Virus record (IMG/VR): IMGVR_UViG_2785511464_000001 | Location: 1-64,000 of that record | Source: a virus | Taxonomy: Duplodnaviria > Caudoviricetes | Length of the DNA stretch: 64,000 nucleotides | Strand: one strand, 5' to 3' | Part shown: positions 38,001 to 46,704 of the stretch, in pieces | Position numbering within the stretch: position 1 is the first letter of the stretch | Layout of the letters: every line of letters starts with the position of its first letter | Translations under genes and position numbers: made by a program | The notes under the pieces: model-generated | The model's database searches: none | Told to the model about the DNA's origin: nothing | The model's input: the letters and a program-made list of their open reading frames with translations, nothing else

Positions 38001-39804
38001 CTTCGCCTCCGGGCTGTCCGATGCGCTGGTCGGCGTCTTTACGGGGCAGAAGGGGGCCATCACTGGTCTTCTGCGCAACCTGGCGACCGGCATGGTCCGC
38101 CTGGGCGTGAACCAGATCATGAAGAACATGGTGCAGAGCTTTCAGGGCGGCGGTGGTGCGTCCGGGATGGGCAAAGGCGGCATCGGCGGGTTCTTCTCCC
38201 GCCTGTTCGGTCGGGGCGATCAGGAGCAATCCCCGGCCAAGGACGCAGCCAGCACCGTGCAGGATGCCGTGCAGCAGATGACGGCGGCCAATATGACGGT
38301 AACCGCCGGCACCGTGATGATCAACGGGTCTCCGGTAGGCATGCCCGGCGTTGGCGGCCCTACGACCGGTTCGATCTCCCAGCGTGGCGGAATGATCTTT
38401 GATGAGCTCATGCCGTCCGGTGGCGCGGCCAACAGCAACCTCGCCGGCCTTGGGTCGCAGATCAACTCGGCTGTGGCTCAGTCGGCGTCCTCTGCCGTGG
38501 ACAACGCCACGAAGTTCCTCGGCATGAGCGAGCATACGAACGCCAGTCAGCTGAACTCGTTTATGAAGTCGCAGGGCGTGGACATCGACGCGGCCAAGAC
38601 CGCTTGGTGCGCGGCCTTCGTCAACACGAACCTGGAGGCGGTCGGTGTGGATGGCACGGGCTCGCTGGTAGCCAACTCGTTCCTGAAGTGGGGCGACGGG
38701 GTGAACCCGCAGGACGTGCTCAAGGGCGACGTTCTCGTGCAGCACCGTAACAAAGGCTACGGAAACACGGGCGGGCACGTGGGCTTCGCCACGGGCAACA
38801 CCAAGATGTCGGAGCAGGGGCTTCTCCTGGAGATGCTGTCCGGCAACGAGAAGGATCGCGTCCAGAAGTCGTGGAAGCTCGCCGACCAGGTAGCCGTGCG
38901 CCGCGCCAGTGCCGAGATGGGCAACGCCCCGCTGGATGCCATGTCCACGGCCTCCGTTCCCGAGGTGTCCCAGCTGACCAACCAGTGGCAGCAGCAGATG
39001 GCGACGGCAAACGCGAATATCGCCCAGCAGATGCCCCAGGCGTTTCAGGCCCCGATGCAGAACGTCGGCCAGCAGTTCGACCAGGTGTTCGCTCAGGGCG
39101 GCAGCGCCTTCCAGCAGGTGGCCCCGCAGATGCAGAACATCGCCCAGCAGGCGCAGTCCGTGGTGCCACAGCTTGGCGGTGTGGGGCAGGGCCTGACGAG
39201 CCTCATGGGTCCGCTCGGGCAGATGGTGCCGGGTCTGAACGACTTCCAGAACGGTCTTCAGGACGCCCTCAAGTCGATCCTCGGCTCCGGCGGTGGCGGC
39301 GGTGGGGGTGGTGGCATCCAGTCCATCATGAACCAGCTGATGGGCTCCCTCGGCGGCGGTGGCGGCGGTGGCATGTTCGGCGGCATCTTCAGCATCTTCA
39401 AGCTTCTGCTCGGCGGCCTGTTCCACAAGGGTGGCGTGGTCGGCGACGGTATGCCCGCCTCGGGTATGCGCGCTCTCCCGGCCAGCGCCTGGAACAACGC
39501 TCCGCGCTTCCACAAGGGTCTGAAGAGCAACGAGTACACCGCCATCCTGGAGCGCGGAGAGCGCGTCCTGACGGCCAACGACGACCGGCGGAACATCAAT
39601 CTGATCGAAGGTCTCTCCGAGCGTCTGGATGCCCAGAGCCGGCAGCGCGCCCAGAACGATCGATCCCGGTTCGGGAACGGGTCTCAGTACAACCAGAACA
39701 TCACTGTTTACGCCGAGGACGCGAACAGTTTCCGCCGCAGCGAAGGTCAGCTCATGGCCGACAGCTCGGTGCAGCTGCGCAGGCTCGGTGGACGAAACAG
39801 CTAA
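35002..39804 (+). CDS. Tape measure protein with a TIGR02594/CHAP-like peptidoglycan hydrolase domain
   Basis: 1600 aa, helical; LGNNSAASESEI; WCAAFVN...GHVGF...SGN; FHKGGVVG. Confidence 0.93.
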   Translation: MNGEELEFILRMRDEATAILDKVGGGLGKAGKGAKGFSDENKKVSRSLGDVVKQAKAATAALGGMYGSMRMLRSATNAWSDYQLGLVGVVKTTGMAGRELDVFRGKFDQLDRTMKGISTQQIHALSETVGQLGVTGSDNIVAMTEVLAKLGVTTDIVGQEGASSVARILTLTGEGAKGVREFGDALNYLGNNSAASESEILRMATVLAQSTAEFGISGKNILALSAGARQLGVSFELFGTSSGRVLRNLRDGMMANTTGFRTFLSVAGMTREEFQKLLAEKPEQVIVRFAQAYAQMTGSGGSAGFLQALGLNTDEIKRVFGAIGVQVEAMQEKLNLVQSDEMYGALDREAEQFFAAQANQLDGMAKAWKSFNASVGEALAPLTGPVIEGVTQALYGLSDAISGLPAGIKQVAAAGIVLAPAIGGIAAAFKVLKPLLVSVGMWKTASGGVGILAKAVGGLKGAVSLAGRVISRTWPVLVGLLAGEAARAGGDWIAEWAERNLGETTLSKLAAFRKEYEGFFDFMAQDLVTGVIQSGPNAGINYRTGQREYEQNDKGEWVKYTPKVELQPDWGDGIGSTLRDRVQDEVDAAGPVRIPVTEEDYDALKALNSQIGLLEDIRAQEEALNRIRESGMDMLRNHNDALSEQDVERAQRLLDLKKEAAADPVGWSLRDLDSEIDAARAVTSEQKHQLAIREKVREIVEQTGESEERVLGRVTAKMNELRDAQSKMNFNDMIRDYNSDIEAARAVTVEARMELEVREAIRDLQEEGKKLDEEQVAAIRGKVQELYKVQQANAFEDQMRAARSSLDIARATTEAERERLQIKQQIDAFERQHGKLAPEDRQQLAAALAAKNQAEAFGQLRSTLDPVGEATRQYEQNVQTLNQALADGSITAQQYQDMLNRLNVTTQDARDPFGAQIRSMQEALQVARMTGDYRDADVKTLQTINRLQEQGVTLSQTQKDQIAAMNRELQDIEKARGSGLQGWASGIGSLKDNLMDLTKDFASGLSDALVGVFTGQKGAITGLLRNLATGMVRLGVNQIMKNMVQSFQGGGGASGMGKGGIGGFFSRLFGRGDQEQSPAKDAASTVQDAVQQMTAANMTVTAGTVMINGSPVGMPGVGGPTTGSISQRGGMIFDELMPSGGAANSNLAGLGSQINSAVAQSASSAVDNATKFLGMSEHTNASQLNSFMKSQGVDIDAAKTAWCAAFVNTNLEAVGVDGTGSLVANSFLKWGDGVNPQDVLKGDVLVQHRNKGYGNTGGHVGFATGNTKMSEQGLLLEMLSGNEKDRVQKSWKLADQVAVRRASAEMGNAPLDAMSTASVPEVSQLTNQWQQQMATANANIAQQMPQAFQAPMQNVGQQFDQVFAQGGSAFQQVAPQMQNIAQQAQSVVPQLGGVGQGLTSLMGPLGQMVPGLNDFQNGLQDALKSILGSGGGGGGGGGIQSIMNQLMGSLGGGGGGGMFGGIFSIFKLLLGGLFHKGGVVGDGMPASGMRALPASAWNNAPRFHKGLKSNEYTAILERGERVLTANDDRRNINLIEGLSERLDAQSRQRAQNDRSRFGNGSQYNQNITVYAEDANSFRRSEGQLMADSSVQLRRLGGRNS

Positions 39805-39830
39805 GCAATTAATTGCAATCGGAGAGAGAC

Positions 39831-40934
39831 ATGAGCCTGCTTTGGATGGACGGTTTCGACACCTACGGGGCGCACCACGGCGCGCTTACGGACAACGAAG
39901 ACCAGGAGAAGGTACTTGCCAGCTCCGGCTACACCGCCGTCAGTCAGGCGACCTTCCATGACGCGACACGGACGGGGCGCGGGCTCGCCGTTCGTCTGTC
40001 CCGAGGGGCTGCCGTTTACCAGACCGGACGCCTTCGCAGGGCGTTCGAGACGCGTGACGAGGTGATCATGGGCGCTGCCGTGCGGGTCGGTAGCTCGGAT
40101 TTCGACCGGTTCTTCACGATCATGTACGACAACCAGCTGGGTGATCTGCATTCGCAAATCTCCATTGCCCGTAATGCGCAGGGCGGGATTTCCGTGGTCG
40201 GCTACACGACCGGGCCATCGGGGAGTGTAAGCACCCATCTTGTGGCCGCCTCCCGACCCAACGTGATGTTCCCGGACGTCTGGCACTACGTCGAAGTGAA
40301 GTACAAGCCCGGCTCTCACGTCGTCGTACGACTGGATGGGGCTGTCGTGCTGAATGGAAGCGGCTGGACGAACCCCAAAGCCCCGAAGAGGGTCAATCTC
40401 TGCACGTTTATCTGCAGCCCAGCTGATTGGTCTACCGCGCATTCTAACACGCACACCTACTTCGACGACCTGTACCTCTGCGACACGCACGGGACGCAGT
40501 TCAACACCTTCTGTGGCGACGTGGTTGTTCACGGCCTGATGCCGCTGCAGGACGCCGGCCCGAATGACATGTCGGCTTACGGTGGCGGCCTTGCGAATTA
40601 TACGGCAGTGGATGATGTCCCGCCTGACGACAACCTCTCGTACATCTACTCGAACACGCTCGGGCACGTGGACATGTTCGATCTCGATGACCTCCCGGCG
40701 AACATCATAGACGTGCTCGCCGTGAGCGTTCACGCGCGCTGCCGCAAGGACGCCGCAGGCACCTCGAACATCAAGCTCAAGGCGCGCTACGACGGGCTCA
40801 CGGCGGACAGCCCGCCCATGACCCTGCCGACCGTATTCGTCGGGAAGCACCACATCTTCGAGACGGCCCCGGACGGCGGCGGGTGGAACAAGGTCAAGGC
40901 GAACAATCTGAACATTGGCGTGGAGATCGCCTGA
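39831..40934 (+). CDS. Virion structural protein, lectin/LamG-like (paralog A)
   Basis: MDGFDTY, WHYVEVK, FDDLYLCD. Confidence 0.7.
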   Translation: MSLLWMDGFDTYGAHHGALTDNEDQEKVLASSGYTAVSQATFHDATRTGRGLAVRLSRGAAVYQTGRLRRAFETRDEVIMGAAVRVGSSDFDRFFTIMYDNQLGDLHSQISIARNAQGGISVVGYTTGPSGSVSTHLVAASRPNVMFPDVWHYVEVKYKPGSHVVVRLDGAVVLNGSGWTNPKAPKRVNLCTFICSPADWSTAHSNTHTYFDDLYLCDTHGTQFNTFCGDVVVHGLMPLQDAGPNDMSAYGGGLANYTAVDDVPPDDNLSYIYSNTLGHVDMFDLDDLPANIIDVLAVSVHARCRKDAAGTSNIKLKARYDGLTADSPPMTLPTVFVGKHHIFETAPDGGGWNKVKANNLNIGVEIA

Positions 40935-42148
40935 TGTCCGGCAGGATCACCGCTTCATGGTCTGGGATGATGGTTGTCGGGGAGGACAGCATCCACGTCA
41001 CCCAGAACACCGCGAACTTCCTCGGGCGCTCCAGCGGCCACCGCCGAAGGATCACCCAGGTGTATGCGCAGATCATGGGTGAGTACCCGCTGAACACGGG
41101 TGAGCCAGAAGCTGACGGCTCGAACCGGTTCACCCAGCTTCATGCAAACGTGATGGTGCCCTTCACGCCCAATTTCGAGTGGATCGACATGGTTATCGAC
41201 GAAGTTTTCCCGTTCGACATCAGCTACAATTCCATCGGTGCGACCCGCTTCCATACGGACGTCGTGCGGGTGGACAGCGGTCACGACCAACGCAGCAGCC
41301 GGTGGTCGCAGCCGCTCATGGAATACGACATCGCCTACGGGGTGCGCACCATGGAGCACCTGCAGGGCCTGATCGCATTCTTCCGCAGCATGGCGGGCCG
41401 CCGGAACGCATTCCTCTACCACGACCATGTGGACTACACCTCCACTCTGGCAGTCGATGAAGAAGCTCGCCGCGCGCCGGACATCTCTCCGCGCGACCAG
41501 GAGTTCGGGGTCGGCGACCATCAGCGCTACCGCTTCCAGCTCGTCAAGCACTACCCGACGCCAAGCGGCCAGTCCGCGCAGACCCGACCCATCTATCGCC
41601 CGAAGCCGGGTAGCGTGCAGGTCGCGGTCGGCGGTCTTCTGGTGGACAACTACGTCGTTGACCACGAGCGTGGCATTGTGGAGTTCATACCGAATTGGGC
41701 AAAGTATGACCTTCAGTCGATGCGCATTGAGCCCGATCTGGACGGGAACAACCAGCCGAATGGGCGCTGGATCATCAGCGGCGACCCCGGCATGTTCACG
41801 GGGCTCTTCGACGGTGACAAGATCATCACGCGTGGCTGGCTCAATCCGGCAAACAACAGCAGCGAGACGATCTCGCTGATCCTGACCAGTGTCGCAGGCG
41901 ACGGCTCCAGCGTGACGTTCACCGCGCCAGAGAATTACGGGGAACTGGAGACGAACCGAAACGGCGTCACCGTCGTCCGGCATCCGGCCCCGCAAGCGAA
42001 CCTTCTTTTGACCGCCGGCTTCGAGTTCTATGTGCCCGTCCGGTTCGACACCGACCGGCTCCCCATCTCTCTGGAAGAGTACGGCGTGGGCGGCGCGGCT
42101 GACGTGAAGCTGATCGAGGTTCGCCCAGCGGAGATGTTTGACGAATGA
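40934..42148 (+). CDS. Distal tail protein (DUF2460 / GTA g12-like)
   Basis: SGHDQRSSRW, FQLVKHY, TAGFEFYVPVRFDTD. Confidence 0.85.
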   Translation: MSGRITASWSGMMVVGEDSIHVTQNTANFLGRSSGHRRRITQVYAQIMGEYPLNTGEPEADGSNRFTQLHANVMVPFTPNFEWIDMVIDEVFPFDISYNSIGATRFHTDVVRVDSGHDQRSSRWSQPLMEYDIAYGVRTMEHLQGLIAFFRSMAGRRNAFLYHDHVDYTSTLAVDEEARRAPDISPRDQEFGVGDHQRYRFQLVKHYPTPSGQSAQTRPIYRPKPGSVQVAVGGLLVDNYVVDHERGIVEFIPNWAKYDLQSMRIEPDLDGNNQPNGRWIISGDPGMFTGLFDGDKIITRGWLNPANNSSETISLILTSVAGDGSSVTFTAPENYGELETNRNGVTVVRHPAPQANLLLTAGFEFYVPVRFDTDRLPISLEEYGVGGAADVKLIEVRPAEMFDE

Positions 42149-43644
42149 AACGGATCAATCCAACGCTCTTCGACCAGCTGAAGGAGCGCACGACGCACAT
42201 CGTTCTGGGGTGGCTTCTGGAGCGAACGGATGGGCTCAAGCTGGGCTTCACCTCCGGGGATATTCCCTTCGAGATCGACGGTCTCCGGTACGAGCCCTCG
42301 AATGCTTTCAGCGGCATGGCTGTGTCCTCGAAGACAAACCTGTCCGTGGACAACACGAGCGCCAAGGCTCTGGTCTCCGATAAGATCACAGATTGGGATT
42401 TGCAGGCCGGCCTGTGGGACAACGCCTTCATCCGCATGTTCTGGGTCAACCCCATGGACCCGCAGGGTGTCGTGCCTATCCGGGGCGGTCGCCTGGGTGA
42501 GGTGAAGATCCGCAACGGCGAGTTCGAGTGTGAGGTGCGGTCGCCGTTTCAGAAGCTGCAGCAGCCGTTCGGGGAATTCTACACCCTGGAGTGCTCCGCT
42601 ACGCTGGGAGACCACCGCTGCCTTGTGTGGCTGGAAGCCGAGGAGTGGAGGCCGAACGAACGCTATATCGCCAAGGCGGGTGCAGACGCGGGCATCGGCT
42701 CCTACGTCAAGCCGGCTGTGCAGACGGGCTTCTGGTATCAGTGCGTGGCTGCGCAAGGGGAGCAGGCCGCCGTCACCTCGAACCCAAACGCCAACCTGGC
42801 GACGGGGGATTGGGCGCAGTCTGACACGATGCTGTCATTCTTGAATGCATCCGGCCCCGCCGGCCTCTTCAAGATGCTCTTCGAGATGATGCGGATCAAG
42901 AGCGGGGACGTGCTCGTTGACGAGAACAGCGATCCCGCCGTCAGGATGATGGCCTCGGTGATGGATCGGCAGCAGGGCGTCACCACGGAGGGTGAGGAGG
43001 TCTTCGGCAGCAGCTATTACCAGCCGGACCTCACACAGAGCGGGCAGCTTGTGAACTCTCAGGCGTACCTGACCCCGACGAAGGAGGGTAAGGTTCCGCT
43101 GTCCGCCCCGGCGGGCGTGCAACCTCTCACGATCACCAACGGCTCGGCCTCCGTACGCTACGCGCTGGGGTGGTCTGGCAGCGTAGAACCCCATTGGCCC
43201 CAGCAGCCGGGTGCCGAGGTCGTGGACAGCCAGCTTGTCTGGAAGTGCATTCGCGCGCGCCGGCTGGTCGGCCAGGTCACCGCCGTGTTCAGTCGATCCC
43301 ATTTCACCGACCGCGACCGGATCGAACCGATGGACTATTGGCGCTATGGGGTGGTCGAGTGGCTGACGGGGGCCAACAAGGGGATCAAGGTCGAGGTCCG
43401 GGACTACGGTCAGACGAACGGCGGGGGCTTCGCTCTGCTTGAGCAGATGCCTGGCGAGATCAGGCCGGGTGACCAGTACGAGGTCGTGGTCGGGTGCGCC
43501 AAGACCCGCACCGCTTGCCGGGCCTTCGACAACATCCACAATTTTCGGGGCTTCCCGGACATGCCGACGGAAGAGAAGGCGCTGGCCACGGCGAATATCA
43601 CTTCCAAGGGCGGGCAGAAGAAACAGGATAGCGGAGGCAGCTGA
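42145..43644 (+). CDS. Baseplate hub (DUF2163 / GTA g13-like)
   Basis: RTDGLKLGFT, CSATLGDHRC, GCAKT..C..FDN..NFRGFP. Confidence 0.88.
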   Translation: MKRINPTLFDQLKERTTHIVLGWLLERTDGLKLGFTSGDIPFEIDGLRYEPSNAFSGMAVSSKTNLSVDNTSAKALVSDKITDWDLQAGLWDNAFIRMFWVNPMDPQGVVPIRGGRLGEVKIRNGEFECEVRSPFQKLQQPFGEFYTLECSATLGDHRCLVWLEAEEWRPNERYIAKAGADAGIGSYVKPAVQTGFWYQCVAAQGEQAAVTSNPNANLATGDWAQSDTMLSFLNASGPAGLFKMLFEMMRIKSGDVLVDENSDPAVRMMASVMDRQQGVTTEGEEVFGSSYYQPDLTQSGQLVNSQAYLTPTKEGKVPLSAPAGVQPLTITNGSASVRYALGWSGSVEPHWPQQPGAEVVDSQLVWKCIRARRLVGQVTAVFSRSHFTDRDRIEPMDYWRYGVVEWLTGANKGIKVEVRDYGQTNGGGFALLEQMPGEIRPGDQYEVVVGCAKTRTACRAFDNIHNFRGFPDMPTEEKALATANITSKGGQKKQDSGGS

Positions 43645-44096
43645 TGCTTGAGCGCAAGAGGATCGTGGACATGGCGCGGGGTTGGCTGGGCGTCCGGTAT
43701 CGGCATCAGGGGCGGTCCAAGGAGCGTGGTGTCGATTGCGTCGGCCTCATACTCGGGGTAGGTGCTGAGCTCGATTTGCAATTAATTGCACCGCAGTTCT
43801 ATGCCGAAAGCCCAAGCTCCAATCTGGTCCTGCGCTACGCCGATCAGCAGCTGAACCCCATCGAAAGCCGGGAGTTGGCTCTGGGGCGGGTAGCGATCCT
43901 CTGGGGCTTCGACCGTAACGAGGCGCAGCACCTCGCAATCGTCGGCGAGCACGCGGGCCGGCTGACCATGATCCACTCCTTCAGCAAGGCGGGGAAGGTT
44001 CTGGAGCACAGCTGGGACAGTTTCTGGATGAAGCGTCTGGTGCGGGTCTACGAGTTCCCCGGCACCGCGCCGTTGGAGGAGAAGACCTATGGGTAA
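43644..44096 (+). CDS. NlpC/P60 tail peptidase
   Basis: WLGVRYRHQGR...GVDCVGL, HLAI, IHS. Confidence 0.9.
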   Translation: MLERKRIVDMARGWLGVRYRHQGRSKERGVDCVGLILGVGAELDLQLIAPQFYAESPSSNLVLRYADQQLNPIESRELALGRVAILWGFDRNEAQHLAIVGEHAGRLTMIHSFSKAGKVLEHSWDSFWMKRLVRVYEFPGTAPLEEKTYG

Positions 44097-46701
44097 GGTA
44101 GCCCTATCGCTCGCCATCGGTGTTGGTGGTGCGCTCCTGTCGGCGGCTCTCGCGCCGAAGCCGAAGGACCAGTACGGCCCGCGCCTGTCCGACATCAACG
44201 TCGCGTCGGTCAGCCCCGGCAACCCGATCATCAGGCATTGGGGCACGATGAAGGTGCCCGGTCAGATGCTGTGGACCTCCAAGCTGATCGAGACCGAGCA
44301 CGTCGAGGAGGTCGGCGGCGGCAAGAAAGGTGGCGGCGGCAAGCACAGCCAGAAGGTCTACACCTACACCTACTCGGTGGATTGCGCCGTGGCCGCCTGC
44401 CAGGGACCGATCAAGCGGATCAATCGCATCTGGGCGAACCAGAAGCTGCTCTGGATGCACGAGGACATTCAGATGCGGGCGAGCGACGACTTCGACGCGG
44501 CCTACTACGCTGAGCTCGACCGGCTGGTGAACCAGGAGGGTGTCACGCGGATCGTGGAAGCCTATTGCGGCGCGTTCTTCTTCGCCTTCAACAATTACAG
44601 ACCCGACGAGTACACCTACGGCACACAGGCCGAGGCCGTCGATTACATCATGGCTCATCCGGGGACGAACCTGACCCCGCCGATCCCCGCACCACAGCGC
44701 TCTGAAGTGGACGCGCTTATGGGGCAGATGCTGGACGGTCTCGGCAGGGATCAGGAGTACGCGAAGAACAAGCTCCGCTTCGACGCGATGAACATCTACC
44801 TCGGCAGCGACACGCAAATCCCGAACGCCAAGATGGAGGAGTATCTGGGCCTCGGGAACGTGCCGGCATACCGGGGCGTCGCCTATTTCGTCCTGCACAA
44901 CCTGCAGCTGGAAGACTTCGGCAACGGCATCCCGCAGTTCACGGTCGAGGTGCAGCGGGGCGACGGTGAGGTGTTTCTGCACGAGATCGTCACCGACGTA
45001 TGCCGGGAGAGTGGTCTTGAGGACGCCGAGTTTGACGGGATCGGATACCTCCCGACCGACCGCAAGGTGACGGGCTTCGCCGTTACGCAGTCGATGTCCG
45101 GGCGCGCTGTCCTGAACATGCTTCAGTCGGTGTTCCCGTTCGACGCCGCAGAGAGCGATTACCGGATCATCTTCAACTGGATCAACCAGCGCCCGGTCGC
45201 GATCCTTCGGCGGGAGGACTTTGGTGCCTATGCCGAGGGCAGTGACCCGCCCCCGTCCGTCGAAGTCACCCGAGCACAGGACGCGGACCTGCCCCGGCGT
45301 CTCCAGATCAAGTTCCAGGAGCCGGCCCGGTCCTTCTCCCCGAATATGGTCTATGCAACGCGCAGCGTCACCGAGAGTGACAGCGTGGACGAGGTGGACG
45401 TCACCATGGCGCTCACACGCCAGCTGGCCAAGACGCAGGCCGAGGAGATGCTTGCCCTCAAGTTCACGGCCCGCAAGACGCACAAGGTGGTGGTCCCGCG
45501 CAAGTATGTGATCATCGAGCCCGGTGATGTCGTGCTCGTGCCCGACCCCGCCGACCCTGCGGGCGACCAGTATCTGTCTTGGCGCTGCGTCGGCGTGGAC
45601 ATCGGTGCGAACGCGGTTCTCGAACACACGTTCACGGATCACAACCAGTTCGGCCACAGCCAGGCGATCACGGAAGACGACCTGGACATAGACGATAACG
45701 AGCCGGAGACGATCCCGCGCGCCTCCCCGACGACGCCCTACATGCTCGACACGCCGCTCTTGTCGGACGCTGCGACTGACAATGTGGGCTTCTACACCGT
45801 GCTCGCCGGGAACCGGAACAGCTGGTCCGGTGGCGTCCTCCTGCTGGACATCACGTCCGGGGGCACCATTGAGGTCTTCGGGGTCGAGGAGCCCAACGAG
45901 GCCGCCGGGTCGAAATGGTACGCCATTGCCCAGAACACGGTGGCTGTCGCGCATGGTTACGCCATGACTGCGCTGCCTGACGCTGTTCCGGGTCTCTGGG
46001 ATGAGACGATGGCCATCCGGGTGTTCCTGATGAACAACGACATCGCGCTGGCCTCCGCAGACCCCGACGACGTGCTCGGGCAGCCTCTGAACATGGCCGT
46101 CATCGGCAACGAGATCGTGCAGTTCTGCAATGTCCGGGAAGTAGGCAACGGTGTCTGGGAGCTGTCCAAGTTCCTCCGGGGCCTGCGAGGGACGGAGCAC
46201 GAGATCGGTAAGCATCGCCCCGGCGAGAGGTTCGTGCGCCTGAAGCAGTCTGCCATCAACCGGGTGACGCACGATGTCAGCGGGCTGGATCGCCCAGCGG
46301 AGTTTCGGGCTGTGACTTTCGGGGATGACCCCGACAGCGCGCCGAGCTTCCAGTTCATCAACACGGGCAACAGCCTGCGTCCGTTCACGCCCGCCATCCA
46401 CGAGCTGGTGCGGCGCTCGAACGACGACATCTACGTGCGGTGGAGCCCACGTCGCCGGCAGAATGGCGGTCTCATCAACGGACAGACGCTGGAGATCGAC
46501 CAGCCTTTCGAGCGCTACGAAATAGATGTGCTGGACGGCGCAGCAGTTCTGCGCACCGAGGTGGTCGAGGACCGGGAGTGGACCTATACGGCGACCATGC
46601 ACCAGTCGGACTTCGGTGAGATCAGGGACATCGTTCGCGTGAGGTTGTATCAGATAGGGCAGACAATTGGGCGTGGATTTGCCCAGGAACTGGAGGTTTA
46701 G
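44089..46701 (+). CDS. Central tail / megatron-like protein (GTA g15-like)
   Basis: GPRLSD, YTYSVD, VPAYRGVAY, DFGNGIP, LRGLRGTE. Confidence 0.88.
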   Translation: MGKVALSLAIGVGGALLSAALAPKPKDQYGPRLSDINVASVSPGNPIIRHWGTMKVPGQMLWTSKLIETEHVEEVGGGKKGGGGKHSQKVYTYTYSVDCAVAACQGPIKRINRIWANQKLLWMHEDIQMRASDDFDAAYYAELDRLVNQEGVTRIVEAYCGAFFFAFNNYRPDEYTYGTQAEAVDYIMAHPGTNLTPPIPAPQRSEVDALMGQMLDGLGRDQEYAKNKLRFDAMNIYLGSDTQIPNAKMEEYLGLGNVPAYRGVAYFVLHNLQLEDFGNGIPQFTVEVQRGDGEVFLHEIVTDVCRESGLEDAEFDGIGYLPTDRKVTGFAVTQSMSGRAVLNMLQSVFPFDAAESDYRIIFNWINQRPVAILRREDFGAYAEGSDPPPSVEVTRAQDADLPRRLQIKFQEPARSFSPNMVYATRSVTESDSVDEVDVTMALTRQLAKTQAEEMLALKFTARKTHKVVVPRKYVIIEPGDVVLVPDPADPAGDQYLSWRCVGVDIGANAVLEHTFTDHNQFGHSQAITEDDLDIDDNEPETIPRASPTTPYMLDTPLLSDAATDNVGFYTVLAGNRNSWSGGVLLLDITSGGTIEVFGVEEPNEAAGSKWYAIAQNTVAVAHGYAMTALPDAVPGLWDETMAIRVFLMNNDIALASADPDDVLGQPLNMAVIGNEIVQFCNVREVGNGVWELSKFLRGLRGTEHEIGKHRPGERFVRLKQSAINRVTHDVSGLDRPAEFRAVTFGDDPDSAPSFQFINTGNSLRPFTPAIHELVRRSNDDIYVRWSPRRRQNGGLINGQTLEIDQPFERYEIDVLDGAAVLRTEVVEDREWTYTATMHQSDFGEIRDIVRVRLYQIGQTIGRGFAQELEV

Positions 46702-46704
46702 GGC

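Noticed and set aside
40934-46701. Host gene transfer agent cluster
   Set aside because: The GTA-like tail genes sit in a full phage with its own replication genes, integrase and a non-GTA head module
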